64,000 nucleotides of DNA from Candidatus Bathyarchaeota archaeon (GCA_963771885.1 CAVYVF010000023.1:512001-576000), one strand, 5' to 3'. Counted from the first letter of the stretch, positions 50,863-60,740 are shown. Made by a program: numbers and translations. Notes: generated by a model from the sequence alone, not told the origin.

Positions 50863-50987
50863 TGAACCACTGATCTCTGAAAGACGATTGCCTCATAAAG
50901 AACGCTTCGAAGCGCAATTTTGTGCATATCGCGTGTTTTCGGTCCGCAACCCGAAGGATTATTGAGAAACTAAGCGTCCCTTATTTC

Positions 50988-52391
50988 ATGAAGACCGGCG
51001 AAGCCTTGAAGTATGCGTTTACCGGCCTTACTTTTCTCATCTTCGGCTACCTCGCTCTCGGTGGGATCGAGTCGCAGATACTAGGTGTCGTCTTACTCGC
51101 CCTCGTCGTCTGGAGTCTCTACCCAAAGAGGCACCTCGAGTCGAGTATAGTGATAATCTCCCTGATCGCCTTTTTCGAAGCTAGCCTCAACATCCAGGAG
51201 TTCATCAACGGGCTTTTGGGCACCTACGGTGGGAGCGGGCTCTGGATTATCCTCGCGGGCTTTGTCCTCGCGAAGGGTATGGAGGTCAGCGGTCTTGGGA
51301 AGCGTGTCGCTCTGCTTATTGCGACGTCGATGGGATGCAACCCCAGGAACATCGTTCTCGCCGTCGCCGTGGCGAGCATGGCGATAAGTCCTCTCAGCCC
51401 AAGCACGACAGCAAAGGCATTCATCATGCTCCCAATATGCATCGGCCTCATAGAGGCATTCGGCGTCGAGAAGGGGAAGAGCCGTTTCGGCGCTTGCGTG
51501 ATGCTCATGGCGATGGCTGGAAATAACATCTGCAGCACCGCCTTCCTCACGGGCACGATACCAAACCCAATCAGCGCCGACTACCTCTCGGCCATCGGCA
51601 TCAACCTAGACTGGGGCGGCTGGTTCAAGATGGCGTTTCCCGTCACACTGATGCTCCTATTCGCCAGCTATGTCCTCGTAGTCTGGATGTTCAAGCCTGA
51701 AGTATCCGCCTCAAAGGAGACGACTGATAAGGTGTACGCTATTAGGGACAGGCTCGGGCCTCTGTCGTGGAGAGAGAAGGTAGTCGCTGTAACGTTCGGC
51801 CTCTCGCTGGTTCTCTGGATTACGGAGCGGTACCTCCAGTTCAATGCCGGCATCGTGAGCCTCGCTCTGAGCCTTCTCCTATTCCTCCCCTGGACCAAGG
51901 TCATGGAGGTGGGAAAGTTCGGCGGTAGCGTTCCATGGGGAAGTATCATGCTGTTCGCGGCGAGCATGTTCCTCGCTAAGGCGGTGGGACAGTACAGGGC
52001 CCTCGACACCGTCGCCGTGGGGATATTCAACGCCCTAGGGCTCGGACAGCTCCCCACCTACCTCTTCGTGGTGGGGACCGTGCTCATCGCAATGATTCTT
52101 CACGTCATCTTCACGAGCACGACGGTCTACGCTACGGTCATGGTGCCCGTCATCATCGGGTTGACGAGGATCGCCGGCGTGAATCCCACTTTAACGGCGC
52201 TACCGACAGCCCTACTAGCACCCATCGCCGTTATACTCCCCGTCAACACGATACCCAACATCATCTTCCACACAGAGGGCTGGTTCACTGAGAGGCAGAT
52301 TATATCGTACGGGATTGTGCTGAGCCTAGCCTCTGTCGCTATCGTGCTACTCCTCGGCGTACCCTACTGGCAGCTGATCAGCCTCATCTAG
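50988..52391 (+). CDS. DASS/SLC13 family sodium:anion symporter
   Basis: SGLGKR, PSTTAK, FLTG-x-x-PN, S-x-T and PVNTIPN hairpin motifs. Confidence 0.88.
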   Translation: MKTGEALKYAFTGLTFLIFGYLALGGIESQILGVVLLALVVWSLYPKRHLESSIVIISLIAFFEASLNIQEFINGLLGTYGGSGLWIILAGFVLAKGMEVSGLGKRVALLIATSMGCNPRNIVLAVAVASMAISPLSPSTTAKAFIMLPICIGLIEAFGVEKGKSRFGACVMLMAMAGNNICSTAFLTGTIPNPISADYLSAIGINLDWGGWFKMAFPVTLMLLFASYVLVVWMFKPEVSASKETTDKVYAIRDRLGPLSWREKVVAVTFGLSLVLWITERYLQFNAGIVSLALSLLLFLPWTKVMEVGKFGGSVPWGSIMLFAASMFLAKAVGQYRALDTVAVGIFNALGLGQLPTYLFVVGTVLIAMILHVIFTSTTVYATVMVPVIIGLTRIAGVNPTLTALPTALLAPIAVILPVNTIPNIIFHTEGWFTERQIISYGIVLSLASVAIVLLLGVPYWQLISLI

Positions 52392-52917
52392 CCGCGCGCG
52401 CCACGCGCCGAATTTATGCTTCATTGCGTGCGGATAATACTCTTGAGGGTAAGGGCCTCTTCGGTCCTCTCGTGCACGTGCGGATCTTATTCAAGTTGTT
52501 TATGTGTAGTGTGTATTGGGTGATGTGTGGTCGTTGGAGATTGGTTTGAGGGGCGTTTGATTGTTGTTTGAAAGTCGTTGGAAACGTGTTGGAATTTTTT
52601 ATTCAAATGTTCCTCCATATTGCTATGAGAGTGTATATGCGTGTATCCCTGGTGGGGTTTTGTGGGGTCCATGGTGTTGGTGTCCACGCTCTCTCTATGT
52701 CTCGCTCCAATTTCTTGGGTCACTTCAGGTCTCACTTAATTGCGGTAGCGTCTTGTGTCTGAGCGCTGGCGTCGCGCGCGGGTTTCCTCGCGACCTTGCC
52801 GGGGTACAGACGGAGGAGGGCACACGGCAAAGGCAGCCTACAGTTGTCAGAGTCCGGATGCGTGAATACGTAAAAGACTCGCTGGTGGGGCGCGTTGCTG
52901 TGGCTATCATGTCTCTG

Positions 52918-54240
52918 TTATCCGGCTGATGCGCCTTTCCAGCGCCGTCTAGCTTCACCGACGACGAAGACGGATCCTGCAACTAGGACCATGTCCTCAT
53001 CCCTAGCCTTCGCGATGGCGCGGTCGACAGCGTCGGACACCTTCTCCACGGACTCCCAGGGCCTTCCGTAATTTCCTATTTCACCGCCGAGCGCCTCCCT
53101 CTCCGCGGCGCGTCCCATTACGCTGTGGCTCGTGACGACGAACTCGTCTGAGACGCGGGCGAGGTTGGCTATCATTCCGGGTATGTTCTTGTCGCTGCTT
53201 ATGCTGACGACTGTGATGAGCCTGCGGTGCGGGAGCTCCTCAACCGCCTCGGCGAGGGCGCGCGTCGCCTCGGTGTCCTTGGCGGAGTCTAGTACGACGA
53301 GTGGGCTTCTCTGCATGATCTCGAGTCGCCCCGGCCACTCGACGGAGGCGAGCCCCTCCTTGATCGCAGAGCCTGATATGTCGATATCATAGTTGCTTAG
53401 GCACTCGATAGCGCCTACAGCGGTGGCAGCGTTGTAGAGCTGGTAGCCCCCTAGGAGGGGGGTGAAGAGCTTGTAACTCCCCCTGAGGCCGTCGACAGTG
53501 AAGCTCTGCCCGTCGAGATCCTCCTTAAGCCTCTTGAATCGGATGTCCCCGCCTACACGGTGGATTTCTGTGCCGAGCTTGCGGCAAGTCTCCTCGAAGA
53601 ATGCATAGACGGAGTCGTCCCGCGTCGCCGTCACCAGAACGCCGTTTGGCTTGATTATCCCCGCCTTCTCGTAGGCGATCTTTAGTATGGTGTCGCCTAG
53701 GACCTGCATGTGCTCGAGGCTGATGTTTGTGATGATGGAGACGAGTGGCTGGACGACGTTCGTGGCGTCGAGTCTGCCTCCCATTCCGACCTCCAGCACG
53801 GCGAAGTCGACGTTCCTCTCCTCGAAGTATTTGAAGGCGATTGCAGTGACTATGTCGAAGAAGAGGGGGTGAATGCGTTCGGGCTCGGAATCAAGCCTTT
53901 CGACGAGGGGGCGGATGAGCTTGGTGAGTCTGACGACGTCCGATCCATGTATCTCCTCGCCATCGACCATTATGCGCTCGGTGAAGCGCTCGAGGTGTGG
54001 ACTGGTGAAAAGGCCGACACTGTAGCCTGCGGCGCGGAGTATGCTGGCGATCATCGCGGATGTGCTGCCCTTACCGTTAGTGCCAGTGATGTGGATAGCC
54101 TTGAAGCTCTTTTGAGGGTCACCTAAGAGCCCCACTAGTCGGATTATCGGCTCGAGCGTCCTCTCGGGGCCGAACCTCCGCACCTGGAAGAGCCAGTCGA
54201 CGGCCTCCCTGTATCCGCTGGTCGCCAAGGTCGGGTGCAT
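52918..54240 (-). CDS. folC: Folylpolyglutamate synthase/dihydrofolate synthase
   Basis: HITGTNGKGST, FTSPHL, EVGMGGRLDATN, EKAGI, WPGRLE. Confidence 0.93.
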   Translation of the reverse strand: MHPTLATSGYREAVDWLFQVRRFGPERTLEPIIRLVGLLGDPQKSFKAIHITGTNGKGSTSAMIASILRAAGYSVGLFTSPHLERFTERIMVDGEEIHGSDVVRLTKLIRPLVERLDSEPERIHPLFFDIVTAIAFKYFEERNVDFAVLEVGMGGRLDATNVVQPLVSIITNISLEHMQVLGDTILKIAYEKAGIIKPNGVLVTATRDDSVYAFFEETCRKLGTEIHRVGGDIRFKRLKEDLDGQSFTVDGLRGSYKLFTPLLGGYQLYNAATAVGAIECLSNYDIDISGSAIKEGLASVEWPGRLEIMQRSPLVVLDSAKDTEATRALAEAVEELPHRRLITVVSISSDKNIPGMIANLARVSDEFVVTSHSVMGRAAEREALGGEIGNYGRPWESVEKVSDAVDRAIAKARDEDMVLVAGSVFVVGEARRRWKGASAG

Positions 54241-54285
54241 CTACACCTGCCTCCGATAAAGGGTTATTCACGCATCGCCGGATCG

Positions 54286-55179
54286 CTAGAGGAAGTAACT
54301 GAGTATGATTGAGGTAGTGTAGACGAGCATGGCGAGGTGGAAGAGGGGTAGTACCTTCAATGCTGATGATGGCGTGGGATCCCTCTGCACGGCTATGTTT
54401 GCAGATAAGAGGAGTAGAAGTCCCACGGTGACTCCGATGACTGCGGTAGGGCGGAGGACGGAGGTGAAGAAGAGGGCGGCGATGATGTGGAGGACGGTGA
54501 AGCCGATTACCCAGTATCCCGTTCCCTTGAGCCCATAGAGCGTCGCCGGCGTTTTCATCCTGCGCGTCTCGTCGTTCGTCACATCTATGAGGTCGTTCAT
54601 CCCGAGGTGAGCCTGCGCGTAGGGGTAGAAGAAGAGGAAGTAGAGCACGGGCACGATGTCCAGCTGCCCGTTGACGAGGTAACCAGCGATGGGGAAGAGG
54701 CTGAAGTCGGTGCGCCCGATGAGCTGGGCGAGTGGTAACTTCTGTTTTCTTTTCCTTATCTGGTAGAATACCTCGACGACGTAACTGTAAGCCATTATGG
54801 CGAGAACCCATAAGCTGTGGGGGGAGGGGAGGGTGAGTACGAGCGCGGCCGCGGAGGCGGCGAGGACGACAAACAGGATAAGGGCTCCCCTGAGCGAGAC
54901 TCTCCCCGTCGGAAGCGGACGCCTCCCGAAGACGCGCCAGTACTTTGTCAGTTTATCATGCTCCACGTCCCGGGAGTCGGGGCCCCTGTCGATGATGTCG
55001 TTAAGGATGAAGCCCGCTTCGAACCCGAGGAGGGCAATCGCCGCCGCTTTGGCGACGAGCAGCCAGTCAAAACCACCGTAAGTCTGGAAGCTGAGAAAGA
55101 GCCCGGAGAGGAAGAGGAGTGGCCAGACGAAGAAGAACTGGATGCGCGTGAGGTCGACGTACGCCTTTAGGGTCTGCAT
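54286..55179 (-). CDS. UbiA family prenyltransferase
   Basis: NDIIDRGPD, RPLPTG, NDLIDVTND. Confidence 0.88.
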   Translation of the reverse strand: MQTLKAYVDLTRIQFFFVWPLLFLSGLFLSFQTYGGFDWLLVAKAAAIALLGFEAGFILNDIIDRGPDSRDVEHDKLTKYWRVFGRRPLPTGRVSLRGALILFVVLAASAAALVLTLPSPHSLWVLAIMAYSYVVEVFYQIRKRKQKLPLAQLIGRTDFSLFPIAGYLVNGQLDIVPVLYFLFFYPYAQAHLGMNDLIDVTNDETRRMKTPATLYGLKGTGYWVIGFTVLHIIAALFFTSVLRPTAVIGVTVGLLLLLSANIAVQRDPTPSSALKVLPLFHLAMLVYTTSIILSYFL

Positions 55180-55244
55180 CTTTAGCCTCGGTTGGATTCA
55201 ATAGGTGTCTTTAAAATACCTTACCTCCCGGCTCTATTCAACGG

Positions 55245-56126
55245 GTGGTGGCTGCGTTGGGTGGGTATTTCGACCTGCTGAGGGTTGTGAGGGTGCCCAT
55301 ACTCGTCGGCGGGGCTCTCGGATACATTCTCGGCGTCCTCCTCGGCGTAGCCATGGGTGGTGTCGTGGACGCCGGACTCGTCGCCCTCTGCTATATCGTG
55401 GTCGCCCTCGGCGACCTCTCCACCCACTTCAGCAACGACTACTACGACGTCGAATGCGATCGGCTTTCTCTGGGGAAGACGTTCGGGGGGAGCAACGTAC
55501 TCGTGGCGCGTGGCGACCTCGTTCCCTATGCGCTTGTGTCAGCCGAGGTTCTTTCAACTACGTCGGTCGCCTTGTCGTTCGTCGCGGTTCTCTTCGGGGT
55601 GTCAGTCCTCCTCATACCTCTCGCCGTCGGCGCCAACATCCTCGGCTGGTCCTACTCGGCTAGGTTGAGGCTCGCGCATCGTGGGCTGGGTGAGGCGGCG
55701 ATAGCAATTGGTACTGGTTTCGGCGTCCCAGCTGCGGGGTACCTCGCGGTTAAAGGCGCATTGGATACAGGTTTCATGGCGACGTCTGCCGCACTCGTCC
55801 TCCTCGGTTTCGTTCTCAGTCTCTGCCTCGAGCTCCCGGACGGGGAGGCGGACAAGGCTTGCGGAAAGATGAACCTAGTCGCCCGCTTCGGCGCGGTTGC
55901 CTGCACTCGACTTGCATTGTTTCTGTGTTTGGGCTCCACAACCATGCTGCTGCTTTTCGGTAGCACCGCTTTGTGTTCAGCGAGCCTTGTTCCGCTTGCG
56001 ACAGTGGCTCTTGGCAACCTGATTTTGTTTAGAAGGTGTCAGCCGAACCCCATATCGACGGTCTGCATACTCTCCCTCTATGCCTTCCTAATTGTATCCG
56101 TCGTATTGTTGGTTATCCAACTGTAG
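55245..56126 (+). CDS. UbiA family prenyltransferase (MenA-like)
   Basis: NDYYDVECD, GGS, GLGE, PDGEAD. Confidence 0.85.
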   Translation: MVAALGGYFDLLRVVRVPILVGGALGYILGVLLGVAMGGVVDAGLVALCYIVVALGDLSTHFSNDYYDVECDRLSLGKTFGGSNVLVARGDLVPYALVSAEVLSTTSVALSFVAVLFGVSVLLIPLAVGANILGWSYSARLRLAHRGLGEAAIAIGTGFGVPAAGYLAVKGALDTGFMATSAALVLLGFVLSLCLELPDGEADKACGKMNLVARFGAVACTRLALFLCLGSTTMLLLFGSTALCSASLVPLATVALGNLILFRRCQPNPISTVCILSLYAFLIVSVVLLVIQL

Positions 56127-56941
56127 CCCAACTTGCCCCGCCCTATCTTTCCGAGGACACCGGGGATGTGGGGGACGAAGAGTGTGAGCCCTCGCCTATG
56201 CGCGTCCTCGACGAGCATAGTCCTGCTTGCTATCGCTGTCTTCTTGTCCGTCTCGAATGAGGGTATCCATTCGAGATGCTCGACGTGGGCTTGGTGTATA
56301 ATGAGGTCTGATGTGTAGACGAGCGTCTCCCCGCCTGAGGATAACTCAGTGAGGGTTATCCCCGGGGTGTGGCCGGGGGATACCCTGACCGTGACTCCGG
56401 GGCTGGCTTCCGTGACATCTGGGAGTAGCCTCAGCCTATCACCTAAAAACGTGCATAGTATTCGGATGCCCAGCCCTCGGGCTTTCCCCTTGATGTGCTC
56501 CGCCTCACGAGCGCTCATCAGGTACTCCGCTTTGGGGAATGTCGGCTTCCCTCCAGTGACGGCTCCGCCGAAGTGGTCCCAATGACAGTGGGAGATGATG
56601 ACTGCGTTCACGTCACCAACGTCGAAGCCCGCCTCTCCGAGGCTCGCCACGAGCAGCCCAGCGGTCTCGTTGGGGTTTTTCTCGTTCTCTGCTTGGTCCC
56701 CGCAGCCGGTATCAATGAGGGTCGCGTACTCGTCCCTTTCGGCGAGGAGATAGTTGAATTGTATCTCTGTCCTTGGGCTGATTCCACCATAGGACTTGAG
56801 GGCAGCCTCGACCTCAGCCTCGGGAGCGTCGCCGAATATGAATTTCCTCGCCGGGTCCCTCGTCATCGATCCGATGCTTCGCGAGCCGTCATATAGAGTG
56901 TGGCAGGTAAAGTCGCCGAGTCGGAAGCGTTGGTGAGCCAT
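56078..56941 (-). CDS. Metallo-beta-lactamase fold hydrolase (YtnP-like)
   Basis: LIDTG, SHCHWDHFGG, PGHTPG, SDL. Confidence 0.85.
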   Translation of the reverse strand: MAHQRFRLGDFTCHTLYDGSRSIGSMTRDPARKFIFGDAPEAEVEAALKSYGGISPRTEIQFNYLLAERDEYATLIDTGCGDQAENEKNPNETAGLLVASLGEAGFDVGDVNAVIISHCHWDHFGGAVTGGKPTFPKAEYLMSAREAEHIKGKARGLGIRILCTFLGDRLRLLPDVTEASPGVTVRVSPGHTPGITLTELSSGGETLVYTSDLIIHQAHVEHLEWIPSFETDKKTAIASRTMLVEDAHRRGLTLFVPHIPGVLGKIGRGKLGYSWITNNTTDTIRKA

Positions 56942-56997
56942 GGTTATCCCTGACCCATCAAGGGTATGGGGTTTACGACGAAAAAAAGGCGTCGCCG

Positions 56998-58119
56998 TCA
57001 CGCCATTTTCTTGAATCTAGGCTCGAGTTGCTTGAGGACAGTGGGGAGCGTCGTATACTCCATAGCCTCTGGTCCAAGCCTCGCTGGCTCAAACTCGCCC
57101 ATACGACGGAGGAATTGGCTCATCTGTATCGCCTCCTGGCGCGCGCCGTCGAAGGCGACGTCCTCGAAGAAGTCGACCACAAGTGGGTTACCGTCGTCGT
57201 CTGCGGCGAGCTTGCCGTTGCTAATCTGGACGCCGAGGCAGACAATCCTCGGGGGGCCGTCGAATACTGTGCACTTGCTGTCCTTGAGCCCAACCGGCAT
57301 GAATGGTCCCCAGTGGCTTCCTCTCATCCAACCCGCTACTAGATAGGTATGTTGGAAGGGGGCGATGACCTCGCCGACGCTCGGGAAGCCGCTCTGGCCC
57401 CTGACTAGGCAGACTGGGTCGTCCTTGCCCACGTAGCTGCCTGCGATGAGGCTTAGCTTTGTGGTGCTGCTTGTGGATGCGATCTCATTGTCGCTCGTGC
57501 GCCAGACCTTGCTGACCATGTACCTGCTCGTGGCGCCGATGAGGGCGATGAGCTGGTAGAGCTCCTTGGGGCTCTCTAGGACGACGCTCTTGTCCTCGTA
57601 TGCGTCGAAGACCTCGAACTTGAATCCGCCCGTCATCTTGGGGTCGATGACGAGTCCGGCTGTGTTGCTCGGGTCTGCGAAGACGCGGTAGAGGAGGTAG
57701 TTGAAGGCGCTAGGCTCGGTCTTGTCGGCAGCGAAGATGACGAGGGGGTCGCTTCCGCGTTCCTCAAACTCCATCTCGGCGACGCCTGGGCCCATGCCCT
57801 TAACATTTCCACTGAAGGCGTCGTGGAGCAGGTCCTGCCCCGCGCCGTAGAGCTTGAGCTCCTTCGCCTTCTTCGTGCATGCGAGGAACGTGTCCCAAGC
57901 GAGCTTGTGTATCTCCTCGTTGTCAACACCTTTGAAGTGGGTCATAAGCAGCTCTAGGTCGTCTCCTGCGTTGAAGACGAAGTAGCTGTTTATGATGCCC
58001 TGCTTCTGGGCCTCCTTGAGTCTGCTCTTCGCTATTTCGAAGAGGGGCTGGGCCACTACGGAGTGGCCGGCTACGCTTCCTATATCGGCTTTTATGAGTG
58101 ATACCGTGGTCTTGACCAT
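56998..58119 (-). CDS. fbp: Fructose-1,6-bisphosphate aldolase/phosphatase
   Basis: KADIGS-x-x-GH, GDD, LYGAGQDLL, DKTEP, YVGKDDP, GWMRGSH. Confidence 0.96.
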   Translation of the reverse strand: MVKTTVSLIKADIGSVAGHSVVAQPLFEIAKSRLKEAQKQGIINSYFVFNAGDDLELLMTHFKGVDNEEIHKLAWDTFLACTKKAKELKLYGAGQDLLHDAFSGNVKGMGPGVAEMEFEERGSDPLVIFAADKTEPSAFNYLLYRVFADPSNTAGLVIDPKMTGGFKFEVFDAYEDKSVVLESPKELYQLIALIGATSRYMVSKVWRTSDNEIASTSSTTKLSLIAGSYVGKDDPVCLVRGQSGFPSVGEVIAPFQHTYLVAGWMRGSHWGPFMPVGLKDSKCTVFDGPPRIVCLGVQISNGKLAADDDGNPLVVDFFEDVAFDGARQEAIQMSQFLRRMGEFEPARLGPEAMEYTTLPTVLKQLEPRFKKMA

Positions 58120-58209
58120 CGGGTTGTGCCTCACATCTTGGGATGTTAGTAGCATATTTAATGATTGGTCTCCGCCTCGTTGCAGGTATATGCGTCACTT
58201 TTTGGGCGA

Positions 58210-58578
58210 CTAATTGTGCTCCTCGGGCTTTATGTCGATGACGGGGGAGCCCTCGAAGGCGTCGAGACCCCTCACACTGAGGCGTTCGCCCTCTATCTTT
58301 ACGAGGTCTACTGTCGTGAGCCCTATTGGGTTTGGGCGGTGCGGGCTGTGCGTTGAGAATACGCCTCGCTCCTCGGTGGCGCCGTGGCGGCGGGGCACGA
58401 CCCTTAGCGTCGCCCTCCTCTCCGGATTGTCTCCCTTGTGCATCCAATAGATTATGTAGAGCCGCTTGTATTCGTCGAGCCCGTCAAGTCCGGGGGCGAA
58501 CTGGGGATAGATGAGGATCGTCGATGTGTCATCCTCGACTTTCTCGACGAAGCCGATGAAGTTGATGACCCCGCTCAA
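58210..58578 (-). CDS. tsaA: tRNA m6t6A37 methyltransferase TrmO/TsaA family
   Basis: GVFSTHSPHRPNPIGL, GLDA-x-x-GSPVIDIKP. Confidence 0.88.
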   Translation of the reverse strand: MSGVINFIGFVEKVEDDTSTILIYPQFAPGLDGLDEYKRLYIIYWMHKGDNPERRATLRVVPRRHGATEERGVFSTHSPHRPNPIGLTTVDLVKIEGERLSVRGLDAFEGSPVIDIKPEEHN

Positions 58579-58834
58579 ATTGACCAGAATTAGAGACTCT
58601 CGTCGGTTATTTACCGCTTGCTCGTGAGGGATATGATAATTATTTGTCCGTTTTGGGACTTAATGTTGATTCAACGGGGCTTTTTTTCAATCTTCTTTGA
58701 CCAGACGGTAACCTGTTTTCTGGTTGGATGGTCCACTCCTTTTTTTAAGGTGGGGCTGCTCACCGGTGAAGTAATTATGGCCGCAAACGGGGACAGTTTC
58801 ATATCCCCTCGATGGCTTGTTGACTCGATGACTC

Positions 58835-59983
58835 ATGGGTAAGGTCTCCATAGTTAAGAGCGCCAGGGCTCCGAGCGACGTAGAGGTCGCGGGGCTCGTC
58901 AAGAAGGCCGTCGACCTCGTTGGCGGGATAAAGAGCGTCGTGAAGAAGGGCGACGTTGTCGCCTTGAAGCCGAACGTCGTCACGGGTAGGGTGTCGAAGC
59001 CCGGCGTCATCACGGACAAGCGCGTCGTCGAGGCGATGATCAGGATGTGCCAGGGAGCAGGGGCTTCCAAGGTGCTCGTCGTCGAGGGCTCAGGTTACTT
59101 CACGCCCACAGACGTTGCGCTTGAGAAGAGCGGGATAAAGGCGGCGGCCGAGTCTCTCGGTGCCGAGGTTATCGACGTAGACAAGGACAAGCTGGTGGAG
59201 CTGCCTGTTCCCGGCCACCTCATCGTCGACAAGATCCCCATCTCCAAGGCGTTCATGGATGCCGACGTTAGGATAAACATGCCCGTCATGAAGACCCACG
59301 ACCAGCTCCTCGTTACTCTCGGCGTCAAGAACCTCAAGGGGGTCATCCCCAAGCCTTGGAAGAGGAACTTTCACAAGATTGGTGTTGTGAAGGCTATCGT
59401 GGACTTGAACCGCGTCGTGCCCATCGATCTCACAGTGCTCGACGCTATAGCTGCGATGGAAGGGCTTGGCCCCAGCTTCGGGGATATTGTTCCCCTGAAT
59501 ATGATCATGGCGTCGAAAGATGTCTGGAGCCTCGACCTCGCCGCCAGTCGGGTGATGGGTTTCGAGATAGAAGAGCTAGACTACATGAAGGAGGGGCTGA
59601 GGCTCGGCCTATACGACCCTAAGGAACTCGAAGTGGTCGGAGAGCCCATCGAGGCGGTTGCCCGTAAGTTCAAGAGGCCGCCCACAGACCTCGAGTTCGG
59701 CGAGGGTATTACCGTCGTGAGCGACGGCGCGTGTAGCGCCTGTCGCGGCACGATACACAGCGTCCTTTACGACCTTGAGATGGCGAAGAAGATGGGTGAG
59801 ATACGTGACCTCACAATCGTCGTCGGTGCAAACGCGAAGGTGCCCAAGGGGTTGAAGTGCACGCCCCTTGTTATGGGCACGTGCCTCAAGGCGCGGGAGC
59901 AGGAGGGCATTTACGTCGTCGGCTGCCCCCCAAACAACGACGGCATGCTCGCTGCGATAAAAAAGATCTGTAAAATTGAGTAA
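58835..59983 (+). CDS. DUF362 domain Fe-S protein
   Basis: LKPNVV, P-x-MKTH, KNLKG, MEG-x-GP, CSAC, GCPP. Confidence 0.88.
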   Translation: MGKVSIVKSARAPSDVEVAGLVKKAVDLVGGIKSVVKKGDVVALKPNVVTGRVSKPGVITDKRVVEAMIRMCQGAGASKVLVVEGSGYFTPTDVALEKSGIKAAAESLGAEVIDVDKDKLVELPVPGHLIVDKIPISKAFMDADVRINMPVMKTHDQLLVTLGVKNLKGVIPKPWKRNFHKIGVVKAIVDLNRVVPIDLTVLDAIAAMEGLGPSFGDIVPLNMIMASKDVWSLDLAASRVMGFEIEELDYMKEGLRLGLYDPKELEVVGEPIEAVARKFKRPPTDLEFGEGITVVSDGACSACRGTIHSVLYDLEMAKKMGEIRDLTIVVGANAKVPKGLKCTPLVMGTCLKAREQEGIYVVGCPPNNDGMLAAIKKICKIE

Positions 59984-59985
59984 GG

Positions 59986-60114
59986 TTACTCGTCGAGGGA
60001 CTCGACTAGCTTGGCGATGTCTAGCCCCTCCTCTTCTTCCTTCGGGTTGATCGCACGCGCTGACGACGACGCTGTTCGCCTAATGGTGCTGTCGCGCGCA
60101 CTCTCTGCCCCCAT
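59986..60114 (-). CDS. Possible small acidic protein (42 aa)
   Basis: Intact ORF MGAESARD...EEEEGLDIAKLVESLDE; no homology evidence. Confidence 0.3.
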   Translation of the reverse strand: MGAESARDSTIRRTASSSARAINPKEEEEGLDIAKLVESLDE

Positions 60115-60186
60115 ACAGAGATTTTTTTCGGCGGGGCATATCCGCGGCTGCTCGGTCTTTTAAGCTTCAACACCCAGTTTCAAGTG

Positions 60187-60687
60187 ATGGCGGGGATCAC
60201 CGAGGGGGAGGCCCACCGCCTGCTGGAGGGTTCCAGCAAGAAATTTCATTCTATCCTAGTCGGTCGTCTTATGGAGGTTCTCGCGCCCACATTCGGAGCT
60301 ACCTCCCAGGAATGGAGCCTCGTTGGCTTACTCCACGACCTCGACCACGACGCAACGGAGAACGATCCCGCCCGACACGGGCATAGGACCGCCGAGACGT
60401 TATCTGGCCGGCTTTCAGACGCGAGCCTGCACGCCATCAAGGCGCACGACTACAGGTCAGGTGTCAAGCCCATAACGATCCTCGACCGCGCCTTAATTTT
60501 CGCCGACAACCTTGCCATACTTATCGAGAACCAGAAGCTTAAGACACCCTGCACACCGACGGCGCTTTTCGAGGCGGTGAGGAACGAGTGCCAGAATAAG
60601 CCATGGATAGCGGAGAACGTCCTCGGCTTCGCAGAAAGGGAGGGAATCGCCATCTGGGACGTCGTCAACAGGATAGGCCCCGGATAG
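60187..60687 (+). CDS. HD/HDIG domain hydrolase
   Basis: HS-x-x-V, GLLHDLD, HG, IKAHD, AD. Confidence 0.82.
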   Translation: MAGITEGEAHRLLEGSSKKFHSILVGRLMEVLAPTFGATSQEWSLVGLLHDLDHDATENDPARHGHRTAETLSGRLSDASLHAIKAHDYRSGVKPITILDRALIFADNLAILIENQKLKTPCTPTALFEAVRNECQNKPWIAENVLGFAEREGIAIWDVVNRIGPG

Positions 60688-60740
60688 GGGCACCCACCAT
60701 GCGGGAAACCTCTCAAATAGACTCGGAACACATTTAACTC

